From an uncultured virus (IMG/VR IMGVR_UViG_3300032030_000052) (Duplodnaviria; Heunggongvirae; Uroviricota; Caudoviricetes), in IMG/VR virus record IMGVR_UViG_3300032030_000052: DNA of 64,000 nt, one strand, 5' to 3'. Each line of letters opens with the position of its first letter. Positions within the stretch are counted from its first letter, which is position 1. Of the stretch, positions 9,950-18,655 are shown piece after piece. Made by a program: the position numbers and the translations under genes. The notes beneath the pieces were generated by a model. The model saw only the letters and a list, made by a program, of their open reading frames with translations. It was not told the origin of the DNA and made no database searches.

Positions 9950-10765
9950 TTACAAGCCGAACTTCTTGAGAATCGCTTTTCCGGCTTCAACTGCTTTAAT
10001 TTCGGCATCTCCGACTTTAGCCATTGCGTCCAGTGCTGCTTTTCCAGCTCCTTTACCGACGGTTCCAACTTTTTTACCAGCTTTCTCTGCGGCATCAATA
10101 GCGTCGGCTGCCGCTTTGATTGGTTTGGTTTTGGCTCCTGCGTCGATGAATTTATCAGCTGCCGCTTTCACTTTATTGACTGCTTTAATCTCAGCATCGC
10201 CAACTTTAGCGAGTGTATCAACAGCTGCTTTACCGACAGTTTTGGTGGCTTCTTTTGCTCCATCTTTCATCGTCGGAAGTGACTTTTTAACTGCTTCGGC
10301 TACAGCGGATGCGGTTTCTTTGGCGACTGCACCGGTAAACTTAGTAGCTCCAGATACGGCTTTCTCCGCCACTTTCTCAAGAGTGATATCATACTTCTTA
10401 CGAAGATAATTCGCTCCGACAGCAGCAGCCGCGATAACAGCAGCAGAACCGATTGTCTTCACTGCAAATCGAGCCATCTCTGCTTCGGCTGCTTCTCTTG
10501 CAGGTGTTTTTCCGCGAGCTTTCTTCTCTAGATCCCGACGTTTAGTGACATATTCGAGTTCTTCATTGGTAAGACTTCTAGGATCCCGCTTCCTCAACTC
10601 TGCATATCTGCTGTAATCATCAGTTCGGATTTTATTTTGCTTATGACGCTCAATAGCGCGACCGAGACCCGATTTTGCAAATCTGCCGAGCTTATCATGA
10701 TTCGGGTTGAAATGCGCAAGTTCTGTTTGGGATGCTATCAGCTCCTCGTATGTTCGCATTGGCAT
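9950..10765 (-). CDS. HFNPNH-motif protein 1 (putative head-internal protein), Ala/Lys-rich
   Basis: ELAHFNPNHDKLGRF; two KVGDAEIKAV repeats; start chosen by GAGGTG RBS. Confidence 0.75.
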   Translation of the reverse strand: MPMRTYEELIASQTELAHFNPNHDKLGRFAKSGLGRAIERHKQNKIRTDDYSRYAELRKRDPRSLTNEELEYVTKRRDLEKKARGKTPAREAAEAEMARFAVKTIGSAAVIAAAAVGANYLRKKYDITLEKVAEKAVSGATKFTGAVAKETASAVAEAVKKSLPTMKDGAKEATKTVGKAAVDTLAKVGDAEIKAVNKVKAAADKFIDAGAKTKPIKAAADAIDAAEKAGKKVGTVGKGAGKAALDAMAKVGDAEIKAVEAGKAILKKFGL

Positions 10766-10775
10766 ACTTTTCACC

Positions 10776-12560
10776 TCAATCAAACGCATCTCGATTGAGC
10801 TTATAGGCTACGAATGCGTCCATCATAGCAGCTACAGCATCAATCTTAGCGTCTCGTCTTTGCTTGTAAAGTTTTCGGTTTCCATTCGTATCCTCGAGAG
10901 TGATGCAGTTACCCATTGAGTATTTCATGAGTTGCTCATCAAACAAAAGCATCCGCTCCTCCGAAAGCTTCTTTAGCTCACCAAGAGGAACGGATTCTGT
11001 TCTCGCACCCTGTATTACTTTCTCGATTCCAAACGGACCGTTGTCGCGAGCCCATCTTTCGATAAACTCTTTCGCGTTGTAGGGGTCGTATCCGACACAA
11101 CGAACATCGTAATTCATCTTCTCGATGTGATCTTCAAGATCCTCGTACACGTCATTCATGTCGAGGACTGTCCCGTCAAGCACGACCAGACTCCCCTCTT
11201 TCATAAACACCTCGTACTGTTGACGAGCCGAAGAGTGGAGTTTAGACATCGTAAGAGAACTGATGTAGTTTCGGGTCTTTATGCCAAATGCGCCTCTAGC
11301 AAGAGGGAACATGAATGTGAACGCGCAGAAGTCGTCTCCCTGCGACAAATCACATCCCATTGCACACGGCATCTCCCAATATTCACGCTTACGATGAGGG
11401 AGGGTTTCCTCGTAAGGAAAGTAGAAAGTATAACCTTCCATCGGAATTCCAAATCTCTTAGCGAGGATGTCATTTCTCGTGGATGGTGCCTTTTCAGCTC
11501 TTTCTACTTCTTTCTTATAATCGTCATATGTAACCGTCTGACCGATATTTGGCTGTGCCTTAACCCACATATCAGGGTTGCCAACCTCGTCGATGCTATC
11601 GAGTTTATACCACCAAATGGAAACATATGGATTCGGGTAATTACCTCTCAGGATATCCATTAACTCCATTTTGATTGTATCGCCGGGACCATTTCTAACT
11701 GTACCCTCAGACGACATCGCGATAATCCACCAGTCCGGATTCTTCTTCGCCGACTGCTCGATTGCCGCAATCGGGTCTTCTCGAATCGGACAAGAAAGCC
11801 ACTCGTCAAATGTGGCATACTTGTCTCTGCGTCCCTGAAGCTTCGGAATGCTCATCGGACGAACTTCGAGAAGCGAATTCGTGACTGTTACCTCGATCCC
11901 CTTCTTTGTGGGAGCGAGCATAGGACGATTAGCTCTGTTTCCAGTCGTGTTCTGGATAGAGCCTCGCGTCATCATCTTAAACAAAGGTCCTCTGGATCGT
12001 GCAATCGCCGTTCGGAACGGAGAAAGCATCTCGTCAGCCTGATTCATAGTCGGGGCGACAGCAACCTGTTGTGTGGTGGTTGGATCACAGCATAACTCGT
12101 AAGCATGATTACACTCGCCGTATAGCGATTTCGCTCCGCCTCTTCCGAGGATGAGAAACTGCTTGTTAACGAGTCGTTTCTTGATTCGCTTCCATTTGAA
12201 ATGACCGGCACGACCGTTTTTGGACGGTTCCCAGACCTGACGATCAACGAAGTAATACCAACCTCTGAGACATTCTCCCCAAAGCTTATAGGTATCAAGC
12301 ATCGTGAGTTTGTCACCATTAGTCAGGGTTAACTCGTTCTCACAGAAACGAATCCATCGTTCAACAGGATCTGGATCATAGAAGAACGGCGGTCTTTTGT
12401 TCCGTTTCTTCCATTTCGGATTTAGATTACTGTTCTCGATAAGATAATCGAGACGGTTCATCTCGAGAGAGACTGTCTCACATACCGGTATTTCACCACA
12501 TAATACCTTTTCTCGAAATGGACCGTAGTATTTCGGGTAAGATAAAGAGTTGGTGCTCAC
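10776..12560 (-). CDS. terL: terminase large subunit
   Basis: GRGGAKS Walker A, TFDE Walker B, GCDLS nuclease Asp, KIDAVAAMMDA C-terminus. Confidence 0.95.
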   Translation of the reverse strand: MSTNSLSYPKYYGPFREKVLCGEIPVCETVSLEMNRLDYLIENSNLNPKWKKRNKRPPFFYDPDPVERWIRFCENELTLTNGDKLTMLDTYKLWGECLRGWYYFVDRQVWEPSKNGRAGHFKWKRIKKRLVNKQFLILGRGGAKSLYGECNHAYELCCDPTTTQQVAVAPTMNQADEMLSPFRTAIARSRGPLFKMMTRGSIQNTTGNRANRPMLAPTKKGIEVTVTNSLLEVRPMSIPKLQGRRDKYATFDEWLSCPIREDPIAAIEQSAKKNPDWWIIAMSSEGTVRNGPGDTIKMELMDILRGNYPNPYVSIWWYKLDSIDEVGNPDMWVKAQPNIGQTVTYDDYKKEVERAEKAPSTRNDILAKRFGIPMEGYTFYFPYEETLPHRKREYWEMPCAMGCDLSQGDDFCAFTFMFPLARGAFGIKTRNYISSLTMSKLHSSARQQYEVFMKEGSLVVLDGTVLDMNDVYEDLEDHIEKMNYDVRCVGYDPYNAKEFIERWARDNGPFGIEKVIQGARTESVPLGELKKLSEERMLLFDEQLMKYSMGNCITLEDTNGNRKLYKQRRDAKIDAVAAMMDAFVAYKLNRDAFD

Positions 12561-12576
12561 TTAAGCATCACTCTCC

Positions 12577-13041
12577 TTATTTCTGCTCACGATACTCTCG
12601 TCGCTTTTTGTTCTTGTATGCATCAACTATGGTCAGAGTACCATATGCCAGCAAGCTGTCTTTAATAACCTTTTTACCAATAGTCAATGCGCTTGGGCTC
12701 AATTTTATTGGGATTCCGGCTTCGTTCAATGCCGTGGTTCCCATTTTGGTTAATGCAGCAGACACAAGTAAAGTTCCGGCTCCAGAAACAGCTCCGAAAG
12801 TAAGTGCTTTCTTTAGTCTCTTGTTAGTCTTATTTCGATCAGTAGATACAGCCGCAATATCTTCCATAAAGCTTTTACGCGTATTACCGTTGGTTTTATC
12901 TTTAGCTTTGGTCGGCGGATTGGAAACGCTGGATGAGCCACCATGTCCTTTTGCAAACTGACCATTCTTTGGGTTGTGAAATGGATTAAAATGGGCGAGC
13001 TCAGTTTGGGTGGCGAGAAGTTCTTCGTAGGTTCTAGCCAT
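12577..13041 (-). CDS. HFNPxH-motif protein 2 with hydrophobic segments
   Basis: ELAHFNPFHNPKNGQF. Confidence 0.75.
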   Translation of the reverse strand: MARTYEELLATQTELAHFNPFHNPKNGQFAKGHGGSSSVSNPPTKAKDKTNGNTRKSFMEDIAAVSTDRNKTNKRLKKALTFGAVSGAGTLLVSAALTKMGTTALNEAGIPIKLSPSALTIGKKVIKDSLLAYGTLTIVDAYKNKKRREYREQK

Positions 13042-13048
13042 TTTGATT

Positions 13049-13630
13049 TCACTCCTTCAATTTCTTAATCGATACAGCAATCGCTAATGCTGAAGATGTT
13101 AACGCCAAAGTGGGACCCGCATATTCGAGAATGTTCTGAACAGCTTTACGGCCTTTCGACACTTCCTCTGTTCGCTCACTCTTGAGTCTGGAATATGTGT
13201 CTTCCATCTGCCAACGATTGATCTGAGCACGAAGTTCAGCATCCGTCATGTTAGACAGATCAAACTTTTTCGCTTTTGGTCGAGTGAGTCTCTCGATATC
13301 AGAAGCGGAGCGGACAAGCTTTTCTCCAGTTTCTGATATCTTCTTCCACTCTTCCGTGTCTTCTCTTGCCCAGCGATTAGGATCTTTGAGTACTGTTTCA
13401 ACGTCTTCATCTTTTACTCGCTGGTCTTTCTTCTTGAGTTTGTTCTTACGAATCTCAGCAGCATATCGCTTTTCACCTCGTTCGTTTAGAGAACCATCGG
13501 GATTGCGATATTTATTGGCTCCGATACGACCGCCTATCTTCTTCGCAAACTGTCCAGTCTTTGGATCGTGATTCGGATTGAAATGGATAAGAACAGCGCG
13601 AGGATCACCAGTGTAATCAACGATTCCCAT
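13049..13630 (-). CDS. HFNPNH-motif protein 3
   Basis: VLIHFNPNHDPKTGQF, YRNPDGSL, MTDAELRAQINR, C-terminal hydrophobic helix. Confidence 0.8.
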   Translation of the reverse strand: MGIVDYTGDPRAVLIHFNPNHDPKTGQFAKKIGGRIGANKYRNPDGSLNERGEKRYAAEIRKNKLKKKDQRVKDEDVETVLKDPNRWAREDTEEWKKISETGEKLVRSASDIERLTRPKAKKFDLSNMTDAELRAQINRWQMEDTYSRLKSERTEEVSKGRKAVQNILEYAGPTLALTSSALAIAVSIKKLKE

Positions 13631-13931
13631 TTTGATTTTTCACCGCCTTTTTAGATTTTACGTCACGGTATAATTGATCGCCAATTACAGCAAGAGCTGC
13701 TGCAACAGAGGCTCGACCAAACGAATATGCTACGGACTTTGTTAACGCTTTCACTCTCGCTTCAGGGTATTTGAGTTTGACTGTCGCTAGTCTTTCTGCT
13801 GCAAAACCAGCCCCGACAGCAGCGCCTATTGCAGTAGCACGAACAGCGGTCGAACCGATTTTACTCTTCGAAAACTTACCGGTCTTCGGATCATGATTCG
13901 GGTTGAAATGGATAAGATATTCATCATACAT
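13617..13931 (-). CDS. HFNPNH-motif protein 4
   Basis: MYDEYLIHFNPNHDPKTGKF; start chosen by GAGGT RBS. Confidence 0.75.
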   Translation of the reverse strand: MYDEYLIHFNPNHDPKTGKFSKSKIGSTAVRATAIGAAVGAGFAAERLATVKLKYPEARVKALTKSVAYSFGRASVAAALAVIGDQLYRDVKSKKAVKNQNGNR

Positions 13932-13941
13932 GTGGTCTACC

Positions 13942-14301
13942 TCACTCAGTTTCTCGATCAGTTTCGAAGCCAGCTTGTTCTCTGATTCTCCAACCGAGTT
14001 TATCGATTTGTTGTTCAAACGACTTAGCTGCCGTTCCGGAAGAAGGCGGGTCGAATAACATCCGTACGTTCAAGACAGTGTAAGTCTTAACCATATTAAG
14101 AAGCTTATCATCGCCAATAAAGTCCTGCCACATAGCGGTCTTATCATTGATCTCAAAACCCTCTTTGGGACCTACGCCGAGTTGAACCAGTTCTGCCAGA
14201 GTCGTATTGATATGAAGGATGATATCATCGTCGAATGACTCATCCATTTCGACGATTCCACCGACTCCCATTTTTACAGAGGTTAGAATACTTTCGTTCA
14301 T
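13942..14301 (-). CDS. head-tail adaptor
   Basis: MNESILTSVK...FDDDIILHIN...FDPP motif. Confidence 0.75.
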   Translation of the reverse strand: MNESILTSVKMGVGGIVEMDESFDDDIILHINTTLAELVQLGVGPKEGFEINDKTAMWQDFIGDDKLLNMVKTYTVLNVRMLFDPPSSGTAAKSFEQQIDKLGWRIREQAGFETDRETE

Positions 14302-14319
14302 GATATTACTCCTTTCGGG

Positions 14320-14401
14320 TAAAAAGAAAGAGTCCGTGTGCTGACACGAACCCTCGCTAGGTTTTTCAAAAGCGAAAAGAGCACGTTCTAACCTCTCTCC
14401 T
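14320..14401 (-). ncRNA. candidate short RNA (promoter motif to terminator, no ORF)
   Basis: 25-bp motif at 14402-14426; hairpin plus T-run ending near 14320. Confidence 0.4.
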
Positions 14402-14439
14402 CATAAAAGCGGATGTTTTTTTCGCGTGCCCTAGAAATT

Positions 14440-14510
14440 GGCAGACCTGCGCCGTCCTGCCTCGGATTTAACCGATACTGATGCGTGGCAAGGACGACGG
14501 GGTTTCTGCC
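14440..14510 (-). ncRNA. unidentified structured RNA 4 nt downstream of the tRNA
   Basis: Nested stems GGCAGA/TCTGCC, CGTCGTCC/GGACGGCG, TGCC/GGCA and apical hairpin TCGG-TTAAAT-CCGA. Confidence 0.45.
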
Positions 14511-14514
14511 GGAG

Positions 14515-14587
14515 TGGGCGCAGCCGGACTCGAACCGACAACCTACTGCTTATGAGGCAGCAGCTCTAACCATTGCGCTATACGCCC
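14515..14587 (-). tRNA. tRNA with CAT anticodon (Met or Ile2), CCA not encoded
   Basis: Cloverleaf: GGGCGTA/TGCGCCC acceptor, GCTGC-CTCATAA-GCAGT anticodon arm, GTCGG-TTCGAGT-CCGGC T arm. Confidence 0.9.
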
Positions 14588-14593
14588 CGAATA

Positions 14594-14625
14594 GAAAAGA
14601 GGAAGTATCGATGTGATACTTCCTC
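14594..14625 (-). terminator. intrinsic terminator directly upstream of tRNA
   Basis: GAGGAAGTATC-ACATC-GATACTTCCTC-TTTTCT. Confidence 0.7.
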
Positions 14626-14633
14626 GATTTAGT

Positions 14634-14768
14634 TCATTCTTCGTCTGTTTGCTTCTCTTCTCGTTCATTAGGTCTGGGAAGAAAATGTCTGTCATAATCA
14701 ACGCCGTCTTCTTTTAGGCATACGCGATCATCGTCTGTGAAAATCAGAGGCTTCTTGTCATTACTCAT
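14634..14768 (-). CDS. small hypothetical protein (44 aa)
   Basis: MSNDKKPLIFTDDDRV..., read manually; overlaps upstream stop (ATGA). Confidence 0.5.
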   Translation of the reverse strand: MSNDKKPLIFTDDDRVCLKEDGVDYDRHFLPRPNEREEKQTDEE

Positions 14769-15523
14769 AGTTTCACCTTCATTCCTTCCTTTGCTAATTC
14801 GTTCTTGACTGCCTCGTAATTGTCGAGGATGTCCTGAACTTTCAGAAAGCTCGAAGCTGGTTTGTCGCTTATCTTCTTTAGAGCCTCATTCGCTCTAAAG
14901 ATGATGATTGGATCGTGAGCTTTGTTGTATGTGCCACGGTTGTTATCGTCAACCATACCGTCATACTTACTCTGCATGCGTTCACAATACTCTTTCGTAC
15001 TCTTGTAATAATACGACGCTTCCATAGCGTGGGAGAAAATGGAATAGGCTACTCGCCAATCATTGTCTGTCTTTATGTTGTCGGGATCGAAGCCGCGAAA
15101 CTCTTTTTGTTCTTGCTCGTTTCCAACGTTATAGTTCACGAGTTGCGTTTGAACAGACTTCAAATCCTTGATTAGATCTTTCTTGTTCAGATTCTTGAAC
15201 TCGTCGATGCGATCTTTTTCCGTCGCCATCTTGAGATCCTTTATGGTCTCGTACTTGTGCTCAGCGATAAATTGGGCACCGCGGTACATTACGAGATATT
15301 TCGCAAACGGACCCTTGTATACTTTGTTGTCCCATGAATCTTCATCACGATACGTGTACACCCATTTGCCGTTGTCTTTGTATTTATCAGCGTCGAAGTA
15401 TTTTCCGGTCACGCTGTTCAATCTTGTTCCGGCTTTCAGAAACGTACCATTAGCGGTTGTGAATCGACCAGTTTGCGAATCATGATTCGGATTGAAATGA
15501 CTCAACCATTCGCAGTAGTCCAT
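14765..15523 (-). CDS. HFNPNH-motif protein 5 with globular (possibly ART-like) domain
   Basis: WLSHFNPNHDSQTGRF; shares LKAGT...KDLK...YD..xD..PI motifs with 16045-17187. Confidence 0.75.
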   Translation of the reverse strand: MDYCEWLSHFNPNHDSQTGRFTTANGTFLKAGTRLNSVTGKYFDADKYKDNGKWVYTYRDEDSWDNKVYKGPFAKYLVMYRGAQFIAEHKYETIKDLKMATEKDRIDEFKNLNKKDLIKDLKSVQTQLVNYNVGNEQEQKEFRGFDPDNIKTDNDWRVAYSIFSHAMEASYYYKSTKEYCERMQSKYDGMVDDNNRGTYNKAHDPIIIFRANEALKKISDKPASSFLKVQDILDNYEAVKNELAKEGMKVKL

Positions 15524-15544
15524 GAGTATTCCTCCAATCTTAAC

Positions 15545-15740
15545 TTATGAATAGATTCGTGGTGCCTTGTTAATCGTATCGATAAGCTTCTCAGATTTAT
15601 CGTTTCCAATTTCGCAGCACATATCAATCAAACTGTTGAATGTCATGGATGCATCTTTGCCGTCAATGATATATATCGTTTCGACATAGTCTCCAGACTT
15701 GTATGCTTCTTTGCTGCTTACCGTTACGAAATAATACTTA
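15545..15740 (-). pseudogene. 5'-truncated ORF remnant fused to truncated tRNA
   Basis: Open frame KYYFVTVSSKEAY...KAPRIYS* with no N-terminal start or RBS. Confidence 0.5.
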
Positions 15741-15791
15741 CGACCACCCGGTTATGAGCCGGGAGCTCTAACCAACTGAGCTTAACGGCCC
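15741..15791 (-). pseudogene. truncated tRNA(CAT) lacking T arm and 3' acceptor strand
   Basis: GGGCCGTTAAGCTCAGTTGGTTAGAGCTCCCGG-CTCATAA-CCGGGTGGTCG, then unrelated sequence. Confidence 0.75.
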
Positions 15792-16044
15792 TAAATAGAA
15801 AAAGAGGAAGTCTCGATGTAAGGCTTCCTCGATTTGTTATTTGTTTTTTCGATTCTCTGCTTCTTTCTTTATCGATTCACGAATCATATCATGGTCGATA
15901 CATTTGGTTCCGACATATATGTAAACCACTGCTTTGTCTGTTTCTTTTTCATCGATAGTGCCAATTCACATATATGCCTCAACGGCATTTTCGAATGCAT
16001 AATCCATTCTTATCGCCAACCCTTTTTGTTCACATTAACCCAAA

Positions 16045-17187
16045 TTAAATTCGGGTTAGCAATTTTTTGATATCGACATTGCCCTTATCATTATTGATGG
16101 CTGCAAGTTCTTTCATATGAGTTGGTAATTCGGAAACGCCTGCTTTCAAAAGTGTTTTTAAGGTGCCGGTCTTCATAGCTCTAGTCACCTCGGTCTCTCC
16201 TTTTTTAATGACTCCGCTTTGAGGATCGAGGAGGATGAGCGGTGCCTCTGCGAGTTGATCTCCGATATCATGATAGTCGTGGAGTGCATCATAACCAGCA
16301 TCTTTAAGCGCCTTTGTTAATATATCTGAATCTTTTCCGCGCTTCACCATAGCATAAACGCCAACATAGAAATCGTCGTTACCACGTTCACCAAGTGCCT
16401 GTCTAAACGCTTTTTCGATAAAATCGGGCGAGCATAAACCAAGAAATGGTTTTTGTCTACGTGCCTCTGCGACAAGCGTATCACGAAGGGCTTGCTGATA
16501 TTGTGGATTTTCTTTCCATAAAGCATCGAAAATCTGTCGGGCTTTCTGTTCTGTTGGAATTTTCAAATCCTTTATGGCTTCATATGTGGCGTCATATCTT
16601 TTTCCAGTACCAGCCCAGTCGGCTAGCAACGTCATATATACAGCACGATCTTTCGGCTTATACGCACCGTAGGTTATGCCTGCTTCCTTTGAGATGTCTC
16701 TTCCTGCAATGCCTTCCATTCGATGTATAAGCGTTCCAGCCTTGAGTATTTCGGTCTCTTCATCGAGTGCTTGAGTCATGACGTCCTGAAACTGCTTTTT
16801 GTCAGTAACACCAGCATCGAGAAGTCCTTTGATTTTTTCAGTCGCGTGCAGACGATGAGCAATAATGATACCGGCAGTCACACCAACTGCCGCGACTGCG
16901 CCTATTGTTGCAATTTTGAGGGCCTTCTTTTGCTGTTCAGTTAGTCCTTTCTTTTTAGAGTCGGATTCATTATTAGAGATACCCATCTTTTCTCTAATCC
17001 GATCTTTCTTAATACCCTCTCGCATTTCGTTTATCATCTTATTATACGACTTACTATCGGTTTTGTCAAGTTTACCTCCAGAACGTCCGCCTTTCTTATC
17101 CGTAAACTGTCCGTTATCCGGATCATGATTCGGGTTGAAATGGATAAGAACTGCTCTAGGGTCATTCGTGTAATCTATACCATTCAT
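16045..17187 (-). CDS. HFNPNH-motif protein 6 with TM helix and possible ART-like domain
   Basis: VLIHFNPNHDPDNGQF; hydrophobic helix; LKAGTLIHR...GYDALHDYHD...PLILLD. Confidence 0.8.
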   Translation of the reverse strand: MNGIDYTNDPRAVLIHFNPNHDPDNGQFTDKKGGRSGGKLDKTDSKSYNKMINEMREGIKKDRIREKMGISNNESDSKKKGLTEQQKKALKIATIGAVAAVGVTAGIIIAHRLHATEKIKGLLDAGVTDKKQFQDVMTQALDEETEILKAGTLIHRMEGIAGRDISKEAGITYGAYKPKDRAVYMTLLADWAGTGKRYDATYEAIKDLKIPTEQKARQIFDALWKENPQYQQALRDTLVAEARRQKPFLGLCSPDFIEKAFRQALGERGNDDFYVGVYAMVKRGKDSDILTKALKDAGYDALHDYHDIGDQLAEAPLILLDPQSGVIKKGETEVTRAMKTGTLKTLLKAGVSELPTHMKELAAINNDKGNVDIKKLLTRI

Positions 17188-17250
17188 AATCGTGTCCTCC
17201 TTAAAGTCAACAATTCGTAAAAAGATAGAGAAGGTGTATCCTTCTCTTGT

Positions 17251-17317
17251 AGACTGACAGGGAATCGAACCCTGATACTTGCTGGTTACCCAGTCGTTCC
17301 TTCAACTCTAGTCTCTC
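17251..17317 (-). ncRNA. tRNA-like RNA A (degenerate)
   Basis: Perfect T arm CAGGG-TTCGATT-CCCTG, CTGG-GTAA-CCAG arm, AGACT/AGTCT closing stem; promoter motif 17318-17342 and terminator 17219-17247. Confidence 0.6.
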
Positions 17318-17342
17318 CATTATATTCCTTGTAGATTTCGCG

Positions 17343-17756
17343 TCATCGTTTCCACGGACATGTATCATTCGGTCGACGCTCGACAATTCCATTTTGATTT
17401 GCTAGACTAAAGTCGCCGTAGTGTATCGCATCATGCGTTCGCTTGCATGTGCTTATAAGATACTCGGGATTCAAGAGGATGTCAGACTTTCTGATAATAT
17501 CCTCTTTTCTTATAGGATTCATGTGATGTACGAGAATTCGACCATGCATCTCATATCCTTCGAGTCCGAGATCACAGCCGTTATCTCTGATAATGACTTC
17601 TCGCTTGGCGTCTTCCCAGAGACTTGAATGATAGAACGTTTGATTGAGCCACCGGTCGTATCCGAAAGTTTCCTCTCCGACTCTTCCGTCAAGTTTGAGA
17701 TATTCGAAACGCTCCTTGAACGTTCTAAGCTTGATGAGCTCTGAGTAGGTTCGCAT
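17343..17756 (-). CDS. HNH endonuclease (terminase-associated)
   Basis: RDNGCDL...VHHMNP...THDAIH; near small terminase. Confidence 0.85.
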   Translation of the reverse strand: MRTYSELIKLRTFKERFEYLKLDGRVGEETFGYDRWLNQTFYHSSLWEDAKREVIIRDNGCDLGLEGYEMHGRILVHHMNPIRKEDIIRKSDILLNPEYLISTCKRTHDAIHYGDFSLANQNGIVERRPNDTCPWKR

Positions 17757-17822
17757 GTTTTACTCCTTCTATAATGGAAAGCTGTCCAAAAACCAACTCA
17801 CAATACGAAAGGAGTATGTATC

Positions 17823-18578
17823 ATGAGTAATCAGGACACTATAAAGAAACTGGGGGCCGTTGTTAACGAGAACCTGCCCCACATTCTGACTGGAGTGGCA
17901 GCGGTCGGTGTAGTCACCACAGCTATTGAATCGGCGAAAGCTGCACTCAAGATCAATGACATGGACACTAACGAAGAGGATGATCGTAAGGCATCGGAAA
18001 AGGCGAAATCCGTATTCTTTGCACTTCTCCCTCCGGTAGTATCTGGAGCGCTTACGCTCGGGTGTCTGATTTCATCCGACGTAGTACACACCAAGCGTTA
18101 CACGTCCCTGCTCGGCGCGTTCGTACTTGCGAAAGGCGAACTGCCGAAGTATAAAGAGGAACTTGCTAAGATTGTGAGTCCGGAAAAGAAGAAAGAGATC
18201 GAAAGACAGATGGCAGAAAACAGAGTCAAGGAAAACACTACTGTCGAAGCGGCGGCTTCGCGGTACCTTGACGAAAGCAAGTATGTCAAACACAGAGTCG
18301 TCGATCTGGTTACCGGAGCCACACTCAAAGCATCCTATGCAGCACTGCTTAGAGGTGAGACAGAGGTTGCAAAGGAGATCGCGAGAACGGGACATTGCAC
18401 GCTTGAGACGTTCTACTCGTTTGTTACGGATGAAGCAGACTATCCGGAGATTGCTACAAGAATCTACTGGGATCAGGAAGAACGCAGAAACCAGATGGAT
18501 CTTCACATCGGTGCTGAGATCGAACCCGAAACGGGAGAGATGTACTATACCATTGACTATGAGTATGAGACCCGATAA
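17823..18578 (+). CDS. DUF6353-like protein, the only convincing plus-strand gene
   Basis: RBS GAAAGGAG; NLPHILTGVAAVGVVTTA N-terminus paralogous to genes at 55.5-60 kb. Confidence 0.8.
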   Translation: MSNQDTIKKLGAVVNENLPHILTGVAAVGVVTTAIESAKAALKINDMDTNEEDDRKASEKAKSVFFALLPPVVSGALTLGCLISSDVVHTKRYTSLLGAFVLAKGELPKYKEELAKIVSPEKKKEIERQMAENRVKENTTVEAAASRYLDESKYVKHRVVDLVTGATLKASYAALLRGETEVAKEIARTGHCTLETFYSFVTDEADYPEIATRIYWDQEERRNQMDLHIGAEIEPETGEMYYTIDYEYETR

Positions 18579-18655
18579 CGAGTGACAAACTGACAGCTTC
18601 CAAAAGTTATGAATTAGGGTTGGTTCTAAGAGGTCTACACGGCCTCTTAGTTTTT

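Noticed and set aside
14440..14514. Theta/HDV-like ribozyme 3' of the tRNA
   Set aside because: The position fits, but the pairings are simply nested and I could not build the P1-P2-P3-P1.1 double pseudoknot.
15741..15791. Truncated tRNA as attP or a prophage boundary
   Set aside because: att duplications normally carry the tRNA 3' end, whereas this is the 5' part. No integrase is in the window, and phage genes continue on both sides.
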